Shown: positions 53,543 through 59,831 of the stretch, one piece after another
Position numbering within the stretch: position 1 is the first letter of the stretch
How the letters are laid out: each line of letters starts with the position of its first letter
Source of the DNA: Eledone cirrhosa
Taxonomy: Eukaryota
Direction of reading: 5' to 3'
NCBI GenBank assembly: GCA_964016885.1
Contig: CAXHJY010001115.1
Location: 1 to 59,831 of the forward strand
Length of the DNA: 59,831 bases
Position numbers and translations under genes: made by a program
The notes under the pieces: model-generated
The model's database searches: none
What the model saw: only the letters and a program-made list of their open reading frames with translations
What the model was told of the DNA's origin: nothing

Positions 53543-55074
53543 AAGACTGGTGCAGCAGTATTCTCATAAATTGCTACAAAGGTAAAGGGGATGCTTTGGA
53601 GAGGAGCAATTATAGGGGTATAAAACTGATAGATCAGGTTATGAAAGTGGCAGAAAGGATTTTAGCACAACTAATTAGAGAAAGGGTCAAACTAGATGAG
53701 ATGCAGTTTGGTTTTGTGCCTGGGAAGAGTACAACAGATGCCCTCTTCTTGGTGAGACAAATGCAAGAGAGGTTCTTAGAGAAGAATAAGCCACTATACT
53801 TAGCCTTTGTTGACCTAGAGAAGGCCTTTGATAGGGTACCCCGATCTGTCATCTGGTGGTCCCTAAGGAAGCTGGGTGTTGAGGAATGGCTTGTAAGGAC
53901 AGTGCAAACTTTGTACAGAGGTACTCTCAGTAAAGTCAGGGTAGGAATGGAGTTTAGTGAGGAATTCCAGATACAAGTAGGAGTACATCAGGGTTCGGTC
54001 CTCAGCCCGCTCTTGTTCATTATAGTCCTCCAAGCCATAACAGAGGAGTTTAAGACTGGCTGTCCATGGTAACTTCTCTATGCTGACGATCTGGCTCTTA
54101 TGGCAGAATCGGTAGAGGAGCTAGAGAATAAATTCCGGCTATGGAAACAGCAGTTGGAAGCAAGAGGACTGAGAGTAAATCTAGCTAAGACAAAAGTGTT
54201 GATGAGTAGAAAAGAGGACAAAACCCTGATTCCGTCAGGGAAATGGCCATGTTCGATATGCAGAAAAGGAACTGGCATAAATTCTATAAAATGCACACAA
54301 TGTAGGTCCTGGGTACACAAGAGATGTAGCGGGATAGCAGGCAAACTAACAAGTAGGGAGAACTATGTATGCAATAGATGTACAGGGAAATTAGACAGTA
54401 AAAGTCGCACTGATAGACACATTTTTCAAATGCGAGAGGGCGCTATAGAAGTGGTGGATAGCTTCCGGTACCTAGGAGATCAGATTAGCATGGGAGGAGG
54501 GTGTTCCGAGGCCATAGTATCTAGAATAAGGACGGGTTGGAAGAAGTTTAGGGAGCTGCTTCCTCTGTTGACGAAGAAGGGTTTCTCCCTGCGTACGAAA
54601 GGCCGGTTGTATGATGCCTGTGTGAGGAGCGCGATGCTGCATGGTAGTGAGACATGGGCAGCTACCGCAGAAGATATGCGACGGCTGGAGAGAAATGAGG
54701 CAAGCATGCTCCGTTGGATGTGCAGTGTAAATGTGCGTGAACGACCCAGCATAAATGTGTTGAGAGAGAAACTGTGTCTGAGAGGGATAGAATGTAGTGT
54801 ACGGGAGAGGAGACTGAGGTGGTATGGACATGTGATGCGCATGGAGGATGACCGATGGGTGAAGAAGTGCCAGGAAATGCCAGTTGAAGGAAGACGTGGT
54901 AGAGGTAGACCACGAAAAACATGGGCGGAGGTGGTGAGAACAGACCTCAGATCATTGAAGCTCACGGTGGAGATGACGAGGGACCGTGACGAGTGGAGAG
55001 ATGCTGTGCTGAATAAGACCCGTCCCACCCTTGCAAGCAGGGAAAAGCGGACGTAAAATGATGATGATGATGAT
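53543..55074 (+). mobile_element. RTE LINE subfamily C, 5'-truncated, premature stop
   Basis: RT motifs; TAA at 54070-54072 in CPW*LLYADD; (GAT)n tail. Confidence 0.95.
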
Positions 55075-55089
55075 ATATATATTATATAT

Positions 55090-55123
<34 letters not shown>

Positions 55124-55142
55124 ATATATTATATATATATAT

Positions 55143-55197
<55 letters not shown>

Positions 55198-55430
55198 TAT
55201 ATATATTATATATATTATATATATATATATATTATATATATATATATATTATATATATATATATTATATATATATATATTATATATATATATTATATATA
55301 TATATTATATATATATATTATATATATATATATTATATATATATATTATATATATATATATTATATTATATTATTTATATTATATTATATATATTATTAT
55401 ATATATATATATTATTATATATATATATAT

Positions 55431-55462
<32 letters not shown>

Positions 55463-55561
55463 ATTATATATTATTATATATATTATATATATATATTATA
55501 TATTATTATATATATTATATATATATATTATATATATATATATTATTATATATATATATAT

Positions 55562-55592
<31 letters not shown>

Positions 55593-55772
55593 ATATATAT
55601 ATATATATATTATATATATTATATATATTATTATATATATTATATATATATATATATATTATATATATTATATATTATATATATTATATATATATATATA
55701 TTATATATATATATATATTATATATATATATATATTATATATATATATATATTATATATATATATATATTAT

Positions 55773-57030
55773 ATATATTAGAAAGATCGAGTATCGAAAA
55801 ATCGGCGCACGAGTTAACGAAAAACGAAATTCGATATGAGCGGCAGAGGGCTCAATAATTCAGATGAATCAGAGCTATAACTATCGTTAAAATACCGTCA
55901 CATATAGAACAAGTCTACAATCAACCATACGATTTAAAATCGATAAAGGAAGATTCGGGCCAAACAGATAAAAAATATCAATAAAACAATACGTCAATAA
56001 TTTAAATGAATGTAAAATCATACCCGGACCCACTAGAAAGGTGTTAAATCTAGCTTCATGGGTTTCTGTAAATCCTTAGACAGTACTCTATCAGCTCACA
56101 TATAAATATAAAAGCCTACTAGAATAAGTGGAACGGAGTTTACGTTGTCAACGAGTTTTATCCTGGCGGCAAAGGAGTCAACTAGCGGTGAAAAACGCAC
56201 ATGGCATTAGACAAGGGAGATGACCCCTATATCCGCGAAAATAATTCGAGTGAATGTGGAAATACACATATCGAATTAGAGTGCTCAATAGACATGTTAA
56301 AATAAAACAAAAGCTATTCATCACTCAATAGAATCGACAAAATATGAGCAATAAAATTAACTGGTGGATAGCTATGTCCAGAGCTAAATATATTAGAAAG
56401 ATCGAGTATCGAAAAATCGGCGCACGAGTTAACGAAAAACGAAATTCGATATGAGCGGCAGAGGGCTCAATAATTCAGATGAATCAGAGCTATAACTATC
56501 GTTAAAATACCGTCACATATAGAACAAGTCTACAATCAACCATACGATTTAAAATCGATAAAGGAAGATTCGGGCCAAACAGATAAAAAATATCAATAAA
56601 ACAATACGTCAATAATTTAAATGAATGTAAAATCATACCCGGACCCACTAGAAAGGTGTTAAATCTAGCTTCATGGGTTTCTGTAAATCCTTAGACAGTA
56701 CTCTATCAGCTCACATATAAATATAAAAGCCTACTAGAATAAGTGGAACGGAGTTTACGTTGTCAACGAGTTTTATCCTGGCGGCAAAGGAGTCAACTAG
56801 CGGTGAAAAACGCACATGGCATTAGACAAGGGAGATGACCCCTATATCCGCGAAAATAATTCGAGTGAATGTGGAAATACACATATCGAATTAGAGTGCT
56901 CAATAGACATGTTAAAATAAAACAAAAGCTATTCATCACTCAATAGAATCGACAAAATATGAGCAATAAAATTAACTGGTGGATAGCTATGTCCAGAGCT
57001 AAATATATTAGAAAGATCGAGTATCGAAAA
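55773..57030. repeat. Head-to-tail dimer of an unidentified 615-bp unit plus a short third start
   Basis: GAAAGATCGAGTATCGAAAA at 55781, 56396 and 57011; units look identical by eye. Confidence 0.93.
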
Positions 57031-57570
57031 ATATATATATATAATTATATATATATATATATTATATATATATATATATTATATATATATATATTATATA
57101 TATATTATATATTATTATATATTATATATTATATATATATATATTATATATATTATATATATATTATATATTATTATATATTATATATTATATATATATA
57201 TTATATATATTATATATATATATTATATATATTATATATTATTATATATATATATATATATATTATTTATATATATTATATATATATATATATTATATAT
57301 ATTATATATATATATTATATATATGTTATTATATATATGTTATTGTTATTATATACAAGCCGAACTGGACTGGGAAAGGTCAACAGTTGACATGATAGTG
57401 ATTTTGACGATTTTGACTTTGATTTTGATTTTGTATCAGAACTGTCGGTAATATATGTATATATATATATGTGTTTGTGAGTTGTGTGTGTGATTGTATG
57501 CATGAATGAGTGTTGGTATGTGTGGTTGTGGTTTGTATGCATGAGTATTAGTGTGTGAGTCGTGTCAATA

Positions 57571-57607
<37 letters not shown>

Positions 57608-57611
<4 letters not shown>

Positions 57612-59831
57612 GACCATGCTGTAAAATGGAGGGGTAGAGAGGGCCCTTGAGTCTAGTAAGACATCCTCTCTAGTGCTGGTGGCACAAATAAAAGCACCCA
57701 GTCCATGCTGTAAAGTGGCGCTGGTGTTAGGAAGGGCATCCAACCAGTGTATCAATGCCAAAAAGCTTATCAGCACAGCAACAAAACAGCATAGAAAAAA
57801 ATATGAAGACGTCGCATCTCAGAGTTGCAACACTTAATGTTGGCACTCTCAGAGGTAGATCTGCTGAAATAGCGGAGATGCTGGAGAGAAGGCAGGTGGA
57901 TGTGTGCTGCGTGCAAGAGGTGAGATGGAGAGGTGCCTCTGCGAGACTAGTCGTAGGCAAGCGTCTTAGCTATAAGCTATTCTGGGTAGGTAAGGATGAT
58001 GGGTTAGGGGGAGTAGGCATTTTCCTGGCTGAGAAATGGATCAATAAGACAATAGAGGTAGTTCGAGTTAGTAATCGAATAATTAAGCTTAGATTAGTTG
58101 TAGGTAGGAGACTACTGACAATCATCTCGGTCTATGCTCCCCAAGCAGGCCTAGGCAAAGATGAGAAAGACTGCTTTTATGAGCAACTTTTGCAAACAAC
58201 CACAATGACAGAGGACGGAGACATCGTTATGCTAGCAGGAGACTTCAATGGTCATGTTGGACAGCTCCAGGATGGTTACACTGGGGTACATGGTGGGCAT
58301 GGTTACGGTTCAAGAAATGAAGAAGGAGTGAGACTTCTTGAATTTTGTGATGCAAGTACATTGACTATTTGCAACACAAACTTCCAGAAACCTGCCAATC
58401 ACCTAATAACCTACAAATCTGGTGAGCACATAAGCCAGATTGACTTCCTGCTAGTTAGGCAGCGGGACAGGCAGATAGTGTCTAATACCAAGGCATACCC
58501 TGGGGAAGAATGTACCCCACAGCATAGGTTAGTTGTTAGTGATATCTCAGTAAGCAAGAGATGGAATGAGCCATATAGGAAGGTGTGGAGAAGAAAGGTC
58601 TGGAAGCTAAAAGACCTTTCACTAAAATTCAAATTTAGGAAAGCCCTTCAAGATGTATATGACGAAAAAGAAGACGATTTAGAGACGTATGACATAATAA
58701 CTGGAAGTTCTTACGTGACAACTTGCTGAAGGCTACTGATGAAACTTGTGGCTGGAGCAGAGCCCCAACCAGACAGAGAGTGACCTGGTGGTGGAACAGC
58801 AGTGTAGATAAGGCTATTAGAGACAAAAGACTAGCATGGAAGGCTTGGAATAAGGGTGGGAGTAGGGAAGAATATACAGCCACTAAGAGAGAAGCTAGAC
58901 GTCAGGTGTACTTAGCACGCAGGGAGGCAGAGAGTAGGAGGTTTGCCAATGTTCTGCGACGGGAAGATCAGAGGCGTGCGGTGTTCCACATTGCAAGGCA
59001 GTGTGTCAATGCAAATCAGGATGTTGTTGGTGATAAATGTGTCCGGGATGATGCCGGTGTACTTAGTGTCACGAATGACCAGAAAAAGGAGGCCTGGAAA
59101 TGCCATTATGAGAGACTGATGAATGTGGAGAACGAATGGGAGAGAGAGAAATTACCCTTGGTAGATCCGACAGAGGGACCAGCTATTGAGATTGACGAAT
59201 ATAGGGTCCAAGAGGCGATTAGGGAAATGAAAAATGGTAAGGCGGCCGGACCATCGGGAATAGTTGCTGAGATGCTGAAGGCATCAGGGGACGTAGGCAC
59301 TAAACTGGTTGCACGCATAATCAATCAGGCTATATATGGTGGTGTCATACCCAAAGACTGGTGCAGCAGTATTCTCATAAATTGCTACAAAGGTAAAGGG
59401 GATGCTTTGGAGAGGAGCAATTATAGGGGTATAAAACTGATAGATCAGGTTATGAAAGTGGCAGAAAGGATTTTAGCACAACTAATTAGAGAAAGGGTCA
59501 AACTAGATGAGATGCAGTTTGGTTTTGTGCCTGGGAAGAGTACAACAGATGCCCTCTTCTTGGTGAGACAAATGCAAGAGAGGTTCTTAGAGAAGAATAA
59601 GCCACTATACTTGGCCTTTGTTGACCTAGAGAAGGCCTTTGATAGGGTACCCCGATCTGTCATCTGGTGGTCCCTAAGGAAGCTGGGTGTTGAGGAATGG
59701 CTTGTAAGGACAGTGCAAACTTTGTACAGAGGTACTCTCAGTAAAGTCAGGGTAGGAATGGAGTTTAGTGAGGAATTCCAGATACAAGTAGGAGTACATC
59801 AGGGTTCGGTCCTCAGCCCGCTCTTGTTCAT
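57608..59831 (+). mobile_element. RTE LINE subfamily C, 5' part with UTR and APE, frameshifted, runs off the window
   Basis: APE motifs at 57755-58690, frameshift near 58695; 59354-59831 near-identical to 53543-54021. Confidence 0.94.

Noticed and set aside
56058-56095. Hammerhead-like CTGATAGA...GAAA on the - strand of the 615-bp unit
   Set aside because: Core spacing is wrong and no stem I or III can be drawn
48803-59831. GMPS as a truncated pseudogene because the terminal ...KPP.T.EWE exon is missing
   Set aside because: Exon 15 ends in a strong GTAAGT donor and only repeats follow to the window edge, so the last exon is probably beyond 59831; not verifiable here

Overview
Eukaryotic, AT-rich genomic window, probably from an octopus or other coleoid cephalopod (inferred from the SINE/RTE families and very long compound (TA)n tracts, not proven). 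The only host gene is a + strand, intron-rich GMP synthase (GMPS) homologue. I assembled 15 coding exons (32911-48802, 652 codons), all with GT-AG junctions and a continuous frame; the last coding exon is not in the window. The frame is intact, but catalytic motifs are rewritten in both domains: the glutaminase nucleophile GICYG is GISYG, THGD is TPGD, GAQY is GTLY, PDLIES is PESIDN and KTHHN is KGHHR. This suggests a pseudoenzyme or neofunctionalised paralogue. The exon carrying the altered synthetase loop lies between a 9-copy TACTAAC branch-point minisatellite and a partly complementary G/T-rich minisatellite. The rest is retroelements embedded in microsatellites: a 4.5-kb Penelope-like palindrome, hammerhead-ribozyme motifs at seven positions, three RTE LINE subfamilies with a PHD-type finger inside the RT, CR1-group LINE fragments, SINEs, TTAA MITEs, fold-back inverted duplications at (TA)n edges and an unexplained 615-bp tandem dimer. 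The long Y/I/M/C/V/H/T ORFs in the track are microsatellite artefacts. Reference motifs and human exon sizes are recalled from memory, not looked up.
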